Below the pieces are notes generated by a model that was given only the letters and a program-made list of their open reading frames with translations, did not search any database and was not told the origin of the DNA. Positions 55,809-64,000 of a stretch of 64,000 nt of DNA are shown piece by piece; the first letter of the stretch is position 1, and the number at the start of each line of letters is the position of its first letter. The DNA lies in assembly GCA_017472305.1 (NCBI GenBank), contig JAFUQP010000007.1:5272-69271 (forward strand), written 5' to 3'. The stretch comes from Clostridia bacterium. Lineage in GTDB: Bacteria; Bacillota; Clostridia; Oscillospirales; CAG-272. The position numbers were made by a program, and so were the translations under genes.

Positions 55809-56630
55809 TCAGGAAAGCGCCTTTTCGATAGCGTCGGCAGCTCTTTCGAGATAATCGCCCTCGAAAAGCTCAATAACACCCTTGTCAACGAGAGAGGCAA
55901 ACGAGGGGTCGATAGGCAGTGACGCAAGAACCTCGGTGCCGTGAGCCTTTGCAAGCTCCTCTACGCGGCTCTCGCCATAGGGTCTGATTACCTTACCGCA
56001 GTCGGGGCATACGATGTAGCTGTAGTTCTCTACAAGGCCGAGCACCTTGATATCCATAAGTGTTGCCATATTCACAGCCTTCTCAACTATCATAGATACA
56101 AGCTCCTGAGGGCTTGTTACGATAATTATGCCGTCAAGAGGCAGGCTCTGGAATACGGTAAGCGGAACGTCACCGGTTCCGGGAGGCATATCCACGAACA
56201 TATAGTCTACGTCATTCCAGACAACGTCTGACCAGAACTGCTTAACAGTTCCTGCTATAACGGGGCCGCGCCATACGACGGGCTTGGTTTCGTCGTCGAT
56301 AAGAAGGTTAACGCTCATAACCTCAATACCCGTCTTGGTTTTAGGCGGGAACATACCCAGCTCGCTTCCCTCAACCGAGCCGCTCTTAAGTCCGAACGCC
56401 TTGGGAATTGAGGGGCCTGTGATATCAGCGTCAAGAACAGCCGCCTGATATCCTCTTCTCTGCATAGTTACGGCGAGCATAGAGGTTACAAGCGATTTTC
56501 CAACTCCGCCCTTACCGCTCACAACGCCGATTACGCGCTTAACCTTGCTCGCCTTGTTCATGGGTGCAAGGAGCGATTCCTTCGAGCATTTCTGTGAGCA
56601 GCTCGAGCAATCGTGATTACATTCTGCCAT
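55809..56630 (-). CDS. Mrp/ApbC/NBP35-family Fe-S cluster carrier ATPase
   Basis: Deviant Walker A SGKGGVGKS, a Cys-rich N-terminus and a CPDCG motif. Confidence 0.9.
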   Translation of the reverse strand: MAECNHDCSSCSQKCSKESLLAPMNKASKVKRVIGVVSGKGGVGKSLVTSMLAVTMQRRGYQAAVLDADITGPSIPKAFGLKSGSVEGSELGMFPPKTKTGIEVMSVNLLIDDETKPVVWRGPVIAGTVKQFWSDVVWNDVDYMFVDMPPGTGDVPLTVFQSLPLDGIIIVTSPQELVSMIVEKAVNMATLMDIKVLGLVENYSYIVCPDCGKVIRPYGESRVEELAKAHGTEVLASLPIDPSFASLVDKGVIELFEGDYLERAADAIEKALS

Positions 56631-56643
56631 TTTCTTTTCTCCT

Positions 56644-58935
56644 TTACAGAATATTTACTTTGATTTCACTGTTTTCTACGGAAAGAGATATTCCGGTAAT
56701 GCCCTTACCGTAATTCTCTATCAAAACGTTTGCGAGTCTGTCCTCGACGTTTCTCTCTATAAATCTACGCATATTGCGCGCTCCGTACTTTTCGGAATAG
56801 GAGCCGTCTGCAATAAACTCGAGAAGCTCCTTTGTATAAACAAGCTTTATTCCCTTGTCGAGAAGGTGCTCACGGAGCTTTCCGAGCATTATATCAGCAA
56901 TTCTGACAAAGTCAGAACGCGTAAGGTGTCTGAAGGTGATAATCTCGTCGATACGGTTGATAAACTCGGGTCTTAAGAACTCCGAGAGCGCTCTCTCGGT
57001 CTTTTCCTTTGACTGCATCTCCCTTGCCTCAGAGAAGCCCGACACCGACGAGGACTTGTGGCTGCCTGCGTTGGTGGTCATAATGATAACGGTATTTTCG
57101 AAGTTAACCTGTCTTCCCTGCGCGTCGGTAAGTCTGCCGTCGTCGAGCACCTGAAGAAGAACGTTAAGAACGTCGGGGTGCGCCTTTTCGATTTCATCAA
57201 AGAGGATTACCGAATAGGGGCGGCGGCGTATCTTCTCGGTAAGCTGGCCTGCCTCGTCGTAGCCGACGTAGCCGGGAGGAGCTCCAACGAGCCTCGACAC
57301 CGAGTGCTTCTCCATAAACTCCGACATATCAAGCCGTATCAGCGCCTCGGGCTGCTTAAAGAGGTCCTCCGCAAGCACCTTTACAAGCTCGGTTTTACCC
57401 ACGCCCGTAGGGCCTGCAAATATCATAGAAACGGGGTTCTGTCTGTAGGATACACCCGAGCGCTTTCTGCGTATTGCCCTGACGACTGCCGATACTGCCT
57501 CGTCCTGACCTATAATTTTAGCCGAAATACGCTCCGAAAGTCCGTTAAGCTCGCCGATTTCACCGAGGCTAAGCTCTGCTGCGGGAATTCCCGTCCATAT
57601 CTCGATTACTCGAAGAAGGTCGTCGGGGGTAACTCTGAGCTCCTCGACCACGGGGGCGATAATTTTCTGTCTTGTTTCAAGGCGAATTCTCTCCGACTTA
57701 AGCTCGGTCAGCTCCTTGTAGTTAGCCTCGGTCTGTCCGTCGGGCTCCTGGGTTTTAGCCTCGAGCTGCTGTGTGCGGCTATCGATTTCGAGAAGCCTCT
57801 TTTCGTTTCTCTTCTGCTCGTTAAGCTCGGGAGAGGAGAGAGCACACTTGGCAGCTGCCTCGTCGATAAGGTCGATAGCCTTGTCGGGCAGAAATCTGTC
57901 GGTTATATATCGCTCTGAGAGTGTTGCGGCAAGTCTTGCGACCTCGTCGGAAATCGCTATGCCGTGGAAGCCCTCGTAATATTTCTTGATGCCCTTGATA
58001 ATGTTAACGGTGTCCTCGACCGAGGGTTCGTCAACCTTTACGGGCTGGAAGCGTCTTTCAAGAGCCGCATCCTTTTCAATGCATTTTCTGTATTCCTTAA
58101 GAGTTGTCGCGCCTATAACGCGTATTTCGCCTCTCGAAAGCGCGGGCTTCAGGAGATTTGCGGCGCTCATACTGCCGTCAGAGGTTTCGCCTGCTCCTGC
58201 AATATTATGAACCTCGTCAATCATCAGTATAATATTGCCTGCCGCCTTGATTTCCTTAAGGAGCCCGAGTATACGCGACTCAAACTGTCCTCTGAACTGC
58301 GTTCCCGCAACGAGAGCCGTCAAATCGAGCATCCATATTTCGTGACCGCGAAGCGACTCGGGAACTCTGCCCTCGACTATTCTCGTAGCGAGTGCCTCAA
58401 CTATAGCGGTTTTACCGACACCCGGCTCGCCTATAAGGCAAGGGTTATTCTTCTGCCTTCTTGAGAGAATCTGTATTATTCTGTCGGTTTCACGCTCTCT
58501 GCCGACAAGCTCGTCAATCTTGCCCTCTGCCGCCTTTCTGTTTAGGTTCTGGCAGTAGGTGTTAAGGAGCTTCTTTGATGGCGGCTCCTTGCCCTCGGGC
58601 TTTTTCTTCTGACCGTCGCCCTTCTCGGGTGCGGGCTTGCCGAAGGGCATACCGAATATCTCGCCGAGGTTAAGGGTTGGCACCTTGCCGCCCTCGTCGC
58701 CGTCATCTGCCGAAACGAGTCCGCTCTCCATAAGTCCGTTGATTTCAGAGGTCATATTCTGTATTGCTTCCTCATCAATTCCCATTCTCGAGAGCATATC
58801 GTTAATAGGCTTGATTCCAAGCTCCGAGGCGCACTGAAGGCATATTCCCTCCTGCACCGTCTTATCGTTTTCAAGCTTGGTAATAAAGACCGCGGCGGGT
58901 CTTTTTTTGCATCTTGCACATACTTGTAATTTCAT
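56644..58935 (-). CDS. Clp/Hsp100 double-AAA+ ATPase with an N-terminal zinc-ribbon in place of Clp_N repeats
   Basis: Two AAA+ modules ([18 protein letters not shown]). The N-terminus carries CARCKK...CLQC. Confidence 0.88.
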   Translation of the reverse strand: MKLQVCARCKKRPAAVFITKLENDKTVQEGICLQCASELGIKPINDMLSRMGIDEEAIQNMTSEINGLMESGLVSADDGDEGGKVPTLNLGEIFGMPFGKPAPEKGDGQKKKPEGKEPPSKKLLNTYCQNLNRKAAEGKIDELVGRERETDRIIQILSRRQKNNPCLIGEPGVGKTAIVEALATRIVEGRVPESLRGHEIWMLDLTALVAGTQFRGQFESRILGLLKEIKAAGNIILMIDEVHNIAGAGETSDGSMSAANLLKPALSRGEIRVIGATTLKEYRKCIEKDAALERRFQPVKVDEPSVEDTVNIIKGIKKYYEGFHGIAISDEVARLAATLSERYITDRFLPDKAIDLIDEAAAKCALSSPELNEQKRNEKRLLEIDSRTQQLEAKTQEPDGQTEANYKELTELKSERIRLETRQKIIAPVVEELRVTPDDLLRVIEIWTGIPAAELSLGEIGELNGLSERISAKIIGQDEAVSAVVRAIRRKRSGVSYRQNPVSMIFAGPTGVGKTELVKVLAEDLFKQPEALIRLDMSEFMEKHSVSRLVGAPPGYVGYDEAGQLTEKIRRRPYSVILFDEIEKAHPDVLNVLLQVLDDGRLTDAQGRQVNFENTVIIMTTNAGSHKSSSVSGFSEAREMQSKEKTERALSEFLRPEFINRIDEIITFRHLTRSDFVRIADIMLGKLREHLLDKGIKLVYTKELLEFIADGSYSEKYGARNMRRFIERNVEDRLANVLIENYGKGITGISLSVENSEIKVNIL

Positions 58936-58953
58936 TTGTTCACCGTAAATTAT

Positions 58954-59634
58954 TTAGAAGCTTAGAAGCAGCTCCATAGGATTGTAGGTATTGAAGAATC
59001 TGTAGATAAAGCCGCCCTCAAAGTCAGCTATCGTCGGGTTGCTCTCAAAAACGGGGAGCTTGAATACGATTTCAAGCACTACCGCAACCGCCCACGCAAG
59101 CACTACGCCGAGAGCACCCGAAACCAGAAGTCCGAGAGCCTTGTTGAAGATGCTGAAAACTCCTATTTCAAATATCTTGTCGATAATCATAAAGGCAATT
59201 CCGAGCAGTATCTTCAAGGCAAAGTAGCAAAGGAAGAAGGATGCAACAACAGAAACCACGTCAACGACGGGTGCGGTCAAGGACTCTGCTATGCTGTCGA
59301 TGACCGACGTTGCACCGCTTGCCGCCTCGGCAATGTCAATACCGAAAATTGCAGCGGCTATCTTAAGAAGTGTGGGAAGCTCCTCACCTGCGTTCTCTGC
59401 GGTAAGTCCCGCGCAGTTCTCATAGAGGAAATCCGATACGTAGGAAGCAACCGGCTGCTCTATCGCGGGTACGATAAGCATATCGGCAACCGTTGAGCAA
59501 ACCGCGAAAGCGATAACGAGAGCAAGCACGAACTTCACCGGCTTTGCCGCGATTTTAACAAATCCGACCTTTAAGCCTATGGCAAGAGATGCCGCGATAA
59601 TCACACATAAAACCAAATCAATAATAACGTTCAT
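58954..59634 (-). CDS. CvpA-family membrane protein
   Basis: Four or more TM helices, with size and hydrophobic pattern typical of CvpA. The assignment is weaker than for the others. Confidence 0.6.
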   Translation of the reverse strand: MNVIIDLVLCVIIAASLAIGLKVGFVKIAAKPVKFVLALVIAFAVCSTVADMLIVPAIEQPVASYVSDFLYENCAGLTAENAGEELPTLLKIAAAIFGIDIAEAASGATSVIDSIAESLTAPVVDVVSVVASFFLCYFALKILLGIAFMIIDKIFEIGVFSIFNKALGLLVSGALGVVLAWAVAVVLEIVFKLPVFESNPTIADFEGGFIYRFFNTYNPMELLLSF

Positions 59635-59653
59635 AATTTTTCCTTCCTTTGCT

Positions 59654-62600
59654 TTATTTTAATACCACGTTCTCGGGCGAGAACATAGATGAAAGTCTGT
59701 CAAGCACTCGGTCATCGGGGTTTATACGTACGCCCGACATAACCGAATACTTTCTTGTCGAGCCGTCAAAGAGAATAACCTTAACCTCTCCGGAATTCAG
59801 CGTTGCTATTCTGACAATATTATTTATTCTCGGGTCGTTAAGGCTCGGGACTTTAATATAGAGCTTCTTTTCCGCGCTGTCGCTCTTATATTCCGAGTTG
59901 GGAATCAAGGGAGTAAGCGAGGATAACATTATACGCGGCGGCTCGCTCTCCTCGAGCGAAAGCGTGCCTGTAACGAATACCGCGCCGTCAGCACGGATAA
60001 GCTCGGAGTAGCGCTTATACTGCTTTGCAAACACAAGCACCTCGATTTCACCGTATCTGTCCTCGAGGGTAAGGCGCGCCATAGTATCGCCGCTCTTTGT
60101 TATCTTCGTCCTCACCTCGGAAATGATACCCGCGACACTAACGCTTGCTCTGTCGGCATATCCGGACTCCCCCACCTCGTCCTCTGCCGCCTCGGTGATA
60201 TCCGAAATCTTTACAGTCTTAAGCGAGGATAGGTGCGAGCTGTAATCGTCAATAAGATGTCCCGAGAAATACATTCCCGAGCTTTCCTTCTCGAGAAGAA
60301 GCAGCTCCTTAAGGCTGAATTCCTCGGTTATCGGGTAGGAGTATGCAATAGCACCCGAATGCCCCGACGAGGCAATCGAGAAGAAGTCCATCTGTCCGCT
60401 GATATTGTTGCGAAGCCTCTCGTGCTCGGAGTCGAGAATACTCTCATAGCACTGTAAAAGCGAGCTTCTCGTTATTCCGAGAGCATCGAACGCACCGCAT
60501 TTTATCATATATTCAAGTGAGCGCTTGTTCAGGTCTGAATTAACCATTCTCGAAACGAATGAGTCAAAGCTCTTGTACGGAGAGCGCTCCCTTTCGCGGA
60601 TTATAGCCGCGGCAAGCGGTCTGCCGACGTTCCGTATGGCTAAAAGCCCGAAGCGGATATTCTTACCGTCGGTCGAGAAATGCTCGTAGCTCTCGTTGAT
60701 GTCGGGCGATAGCACCTTAACACCGAATTTCGCGGCATCGGTGATATATTCCCTGACCTTCGTCTGGTTGTCAAGCACGCTTGTCAAGAGTGCTGCAAAA
60801 TACTCGGCGGGATAATGTGCTTTAAGATACGCCGTTCTGTATGCTAAAATTCCGTAAGCCGTTGCGTGGCTTTTGTTGAAGGCGTACTTTGCAAATCCGA
60901 GCATTTCCTCAAAGATTTCGTTTGCAGCCTTACTGTCAATTCCGTGCTCCCTGCATCCGCCAAGGAATGCGTCGCGCTCTGCCTGCATAGCCTCGGTCTT
61001 CTTCTTCGACATAGCTCGTCTGACGATATCTGCCCTTGCGTAGGAATAGCCCGCAAGGCTTCGGCAAATCTGCATTACCTGCTCTTGATACACGATACAG
61101 CCGTAGGTTACGTCAAGTATGGGAGCAAGCTCGGGGAGCTTATAGCTTATCGGCTCGCGTCCGTGCTTTCTGGCTATAAATGTGTCAATCGAGTCCATAG
61201 GACCCGGGCGGAAAAGAGCAACGCAGGCTATGATATCCTCGAGGCAGTTCGGCATAAGCTTTGAGAGCACCTGCTTCATTCCCGCGCTCTCAAGCTGAAA
61301 GACACCGTCGGTTTTCGCCTCTGAAAGCAAGGCAAAGGTCGCCTTATCGTCGAAGGGGATTTTCGTTATATCAAAGCTCTTATCCTTAAGTCTTACCGAG
61401 CGCTCGGCATCGTGGATAACAGAAAGGTATCGAAGCCCGAGAAAGTCGAACTTTACAAGTCCGAGTCTTGCATCGGTCAGCATATCAAACTGCGTGACAA
61501 CACCCGTGCCGCTTCCGGAGAGAGGAACGTACTCGTAGGTGGGCTTCTCGGTAATTACCACACCCGCCGCGTGAGTTGACGCGTGGCGCGGCATACCGTC
61601 TATTTTAGAGCTGACGTCTATCAGCTTTTTAATATCCTCGTCGGTTGAATATAGCTCTCGAAGCTCCGAGGAAGCCATAGCCGCCTTCATATTCTCGCAC
61701 ATAGCGGGGATAAGCTTTGCGACGGTGTCCACCCTTCCGTATGGCATACCGAGAGCCCGTCCGACGTCCCTTACTGCCGCGCGAGGCGCTAAAGTACCGA
61801 AGGTGACAATCTGCGCGACCTTGTCCTCGCCGTACTTTGATTTAACGTATTCTATAACCTCCTCACGGCGGTTATAGCAGAAATCTATATCAAAATCGGG
61901 CATTGACACTCTCTCGGGATTTAAGAATCTCTCGAAGAGAAGGTCGAATTCCATTGGGTCGACGTCGGTAATCCCGACAAGATACGCAACAAGGCTTCCC
62001 GCACCCGAGCCTCTTCCCGGACCAACGGGAATATCGCTCCTCTTAGCATACGACACGAAATCGCTGACAATGAGGAAATAGGCGTTAAAGCCCATTTTAT
62101 CTATAACCGAAAGCTCGTATTCAATTCTGTCGGTATATTCCTCGCGTGAGCGCTTTGAGAAGGTAATTTTACCTTCGTTTTTTTTCTTTTCAAGTCCGAG
62201 ATAGGTATCTCTCCTAAGCTTGTCCTTATGCGAAAGCCCGTCCTCTGCCTTGAAGTCGGGAAGGTGAAGCTTGTCAAATTCAAAATCGAAGTTGCACTTT
62301 TCGGCAATTTTAACGGTATTTGAAACGGCATCACGGAAGCCCGAGAAGAGTACCTTCATCTCATTTGCAGTCTTGAAATAAAACTCGTCGGTTTCAAAGC
62401 CGAAGGGTCTGCCGTCGGTTATTACGTTGTTTGTCTGTATGCACATCAGGGTTGCCTGCGTGTCGGCGTCGCTTCGCTCAAGATAATGAACGTCGTTCGT
62501 TGCAACGAGAGGTATACCGTGCTTTTCGCCTATCAGCTTAAGACCGTATGCGATTTTTCGCTCGTCGTCAAGCCCGTGGTTCTGTATTTCAAGATAGAAA

Positions 62601-63106
62601 TCCTCACCGAAAAGCCCTCGGAGCTTCAAGGCATACTCCTCTGCTTCCTTCATTGCGCCCGAGAGTATAAGCTGCGGAATTCTGCCCGCAACGCAGCCCG
62701 AGAGAGCAATAAGTCCCTCGCTGTATCCCTCGAGAAGCTCCATATCTATTCTCGGTCTTGAATAAAAGCCCTCGGTAAAGCTCTTTGATACCATATAGCA
62801 AAGGTTTTTATATCCTACCGCATTCTTGCAAAGAAGTATCAGGTGGTTACCGGAGTTATCCTGCTTTCCGTCCTTTAAGTGGCGGCTTCTCGGAGCTACG
62901 TAGACCTCGCAGCCGATAATCGGCTTTACTCCCTTTTCCTTCAGAGCCGTGTAAAACTCAACCGCACCGTACATTACTCCGTGGTCGGTTATCGCGACGG
63001 CATCCTGTCCGTCCGAGAGTGCCTTATCGGCTATTGAGGAAATCCTCGTTGCACCGTCAAGAAGGCTGTATTCTGTATGAAGATGCAGATGTACGAATTC
63101 TCCCAT
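59654..63106 (-). CDS. dnaE: DNA polymerase III alpha subunit (DnaE type)
   Basis: PHP domain start FVHLHLHTEYSLLDG. 1150 aa with no intrinsic exonuclease insertion. Confidence 0.96.
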   Translation of the reverse strand: MGEFVHLHLHTEYSLLDGATRISSIADKALSDGQDAVAITDHGVMYGAVEFYTALKEKGVKPIIGCEVYVAPRSRHLKDGKQDNSGNHLILLCKNAVGYKNLCYMVSKSFTEGFYSRPRIDMELLEGYSEGLIALSGCVAGRIPQLILSGAMKEAEEYALKLRGLFGEDFYLEIQNHGLDDERKIAYGLKLIGEKHGIPLVATNDVHYLERSDADTQATLMCIQTNNVITDGRPFGFETDEFYFKTANEMKVLFSGFRDAVSNTVKIAEKCNFDFEFDKLHLPDFKAEDGLSHKDKLRRDTYLGLEKKKNEGKITFSKRSREEYTDRIEYELSVIDKMGFNAYFLIVSDFVSYAKRSDIPVGPGRGSGAGSLVAYLVGITDVDPMEFDLLFERFLNPERVSMPDFDIDFCYNRREEVIEYVKSKYGEDKVAQIVTFGTLAPRAAVRDVGRALGMPYGRVDTVAKLIPAMCENMKAAMASSELRELYSTDEDIKKLIDVSSKIDGMPRHASTHAAGVVITEKPTYEYVPLSGSGTGVVTQFDMLTDARLGLVKFDFLGLRYLSVIHDAERSVRLKDKSFDITKIPFDDKATFALLSEAKTDGVFQLESAGMKQVLSKLMPNCLEDIIACVALFRPGPMDSIDTFIARKHGREPISYKLPELAPILDVTYGCIVYQEQVMQICRSLAGYSYARADIVRRAMSKKKTEAMQAERDAFLGGCREHGIDSKAANEIFEEMLGFAKYAFNKSHATAYGILAYRTAYLKAHYPAEYFAALLTSVLDNQTKVREYITDAAKFGVKVLSPDINESYEHFSTDGKNIRFGLLAIRNVGRPLAAAIIRERERSPYKSFDSFVSRMVNSDLNKRSLEYMIKCGAFDALGITRSSLLQCYESILDSEHERLRNNISGQMDFFSIASSGHSGAIAYSYPITEEFSLKELLLLEKESSGMYFSGHLIDDYSSHLSSLKTVKISDITEAAEDEVGESGYADRASVSVAGIISEVRTKITKSGDTMARLTLEDRYGEIEVLVFAKQYKRYSELIRADGAVFVTGTLSLEESEPPRIMLSSLTPLIPNSEYKSDSAEKKLYIKVPSLNDPRINNIVRIATLNSGEVKVILFDGSTRKYSVMSGVRINPDDRVLDRLSSMFSPENVVLK

Positions 63107-63171
63107 TTACGGCTCCTTTCTGTAATAATTATTTATCGCGGCTTATCAATTGCTCGGGCTTTATCCGCCGT

Positions 63172-64000
63172 CTATTTTTCCTGCTCCTCGAGCAGTCTTT
63201 CTCCAAGCTCCATTACCTTTGAGAGCCTGTGAGAGAGCCCGGATTTTGTAATTGACGGCACCGACACCGCCGCAAGCTGCGAGAGCGACAGGTCTGGATA
63301 TTGCATTCGAAGTCGCGCCGTATCGGCTATTTCGTCGGGCAAGAGTGAAAGCAGTCCCTTCTTCTCAAGCCTTTCTATCAGCGCCTTTTGCTTTGCGGCG
63401 GCATCTACCGCCTTTTTTATGTTATTTGTCTCACAGTTTGTAAGACGCATTATATTCCTTCTTGCTTCCGCGCTGAATTTCGCCTCTATTACTGCGAACA
63501 TTGCGGGGTTCATTCCGCAAATAGCGTAGAAATCCTCAATTGATGTGCTGTTTTTGAAATAAACGGTTTTGCCGATTTTCTTGTTTGAAATCTTCGGGCT
63601 GAATCCAAGCTCCGTAAGATACTCGGCAAACGGCTCGGCAAAAGTGCCGAGCGTAAATTCCATAGAGTGCTGCACCGACGGGTCGGTTACTCTGCCGGCA
63701 GCAAGGAAAACGCCCCTTAAAAATGCCGACTGACAGCCCGCGCACCGCTCTGAAAACAGTCTACCCGAGCTATCGTAATCCGAAAGAAGTCTTGCCGCAG
63801 CACGCGACTCAAAGGAAATCTCAACGCATCTGCCGCCCTTCTTCGGATGCTCTACTGTGGCATCGGCTCCGTACTGCTCCTTAATAAGGCGGGCAATAAA
63901 CTCTGCAACCTCAAGCTTTTCAACACGGAGAGAAATCCTCTCCCCAAGAGCTGTGCCCTTTGCCTTAAGTATGCCTGTAAGCAAAGCGCGTCTACAGCAT
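63172..64000 (-). CDS. whiA: Sporulation/cell-division regulator WhiA (N-terminus lies beyond the window end)
   Basis: LAGLIDADG-like middle domain and a C-terminal HTH. The frame stays open upstream of the listed TTG (reading ...CCRRALLTG...) to position 64000. Confidence 0.9.
   Translation of the reverse strand, partial: CCRRALLTGILKAKGTALGERISLRVEKLEVAEFIARLIKEQYGADATVEHPKKGGRCVEISFESRAAARLLSDYDSSGRLFSERCAGCQSAFLRGVFLAAGRVTDPSVQHSMEFTLGTFAEPFAEYLTELGFSPKISNKKIGKTVYFKNSTSIEDFYAICGMNPAMFAVIEAKFSAEARRNIMRLTNCETNNIKKAVDAAAKQKALIERLEKKGLLSLLPDEIADTARLRMQYPDLSLSQLAAVSVPSITKSGLSHRLSKVMELGERLLEEQEK

Noticed and set aside
57058-57918. 286-aa plus-strand ORF inside the Clp ATPase gene
   Set aside because: It is an antisense shadow ORF. 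The opposite strand encodes conserved AAA+ motifs across the same span.

Overview
This 64-kb window looks like the chromosome of an endospore-forming Firmicute, probably a Clostridia-like organism of roughly 50% GC. The lineage call rests on spoIIGA-sigE, spoVT, whiA, dnaE and the Firmicute gene orders dprA-topA-trmFO and rnc-smc-ftsY. I call about 58 densely packed protein genes, and almost all are housekeeping. They include ftsY, smc, rnc, plsX, trmFO, topA, dprA, infC-rpmI-rplT, recG, rarA, comEC, ychF, rpmG-secE-nusG-rplK-rplA, a parC-like topoisomerase, tsaC, prfA, coaE, ackA, tmcAL, sigA-dnaG, hflX, rpmE, a Clp ATPase and dnaE. I see no rRNA, tRNA, CRISPR array, prophage or transposase. 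The unexplained signal is non-coding. (1) A 580-bp gap between two convergent genes (27881-28460) has no credible ORF. It holds a ~459-bp element bounded by a perfect 15-bp inverted repeat. The element is filled with more than a dozen consecutive short hairpins and a very non-random array of the 8-mer TCGATATG/CATATCGA. This fits either a large ornate structured RNA or a MITE-like palindromic element. (2) A ~125-nt unit at 14.2 kb has its own near-consensus promoter and intrinsic terminator, which suggests an unassigned small RNA. (3) A 223-codon open frame (23594-24262) lacks a canonical start for its first 126 codons and reads through a terminator hairpin. Lesser items are an AUU-initiated infC with an L20-type attenuator, a long structured ychF leader, tandem 33-bp repeats in a second convergent gap, a spoIIG-type promoter, an orphan response regulator, an orphan ACP, a ComEC without metallo-beta-lactamase motifs and an isolated BY-kinase module. 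All functional calls come from reading the translated ORFs and the sequence by eye. No database search was run.
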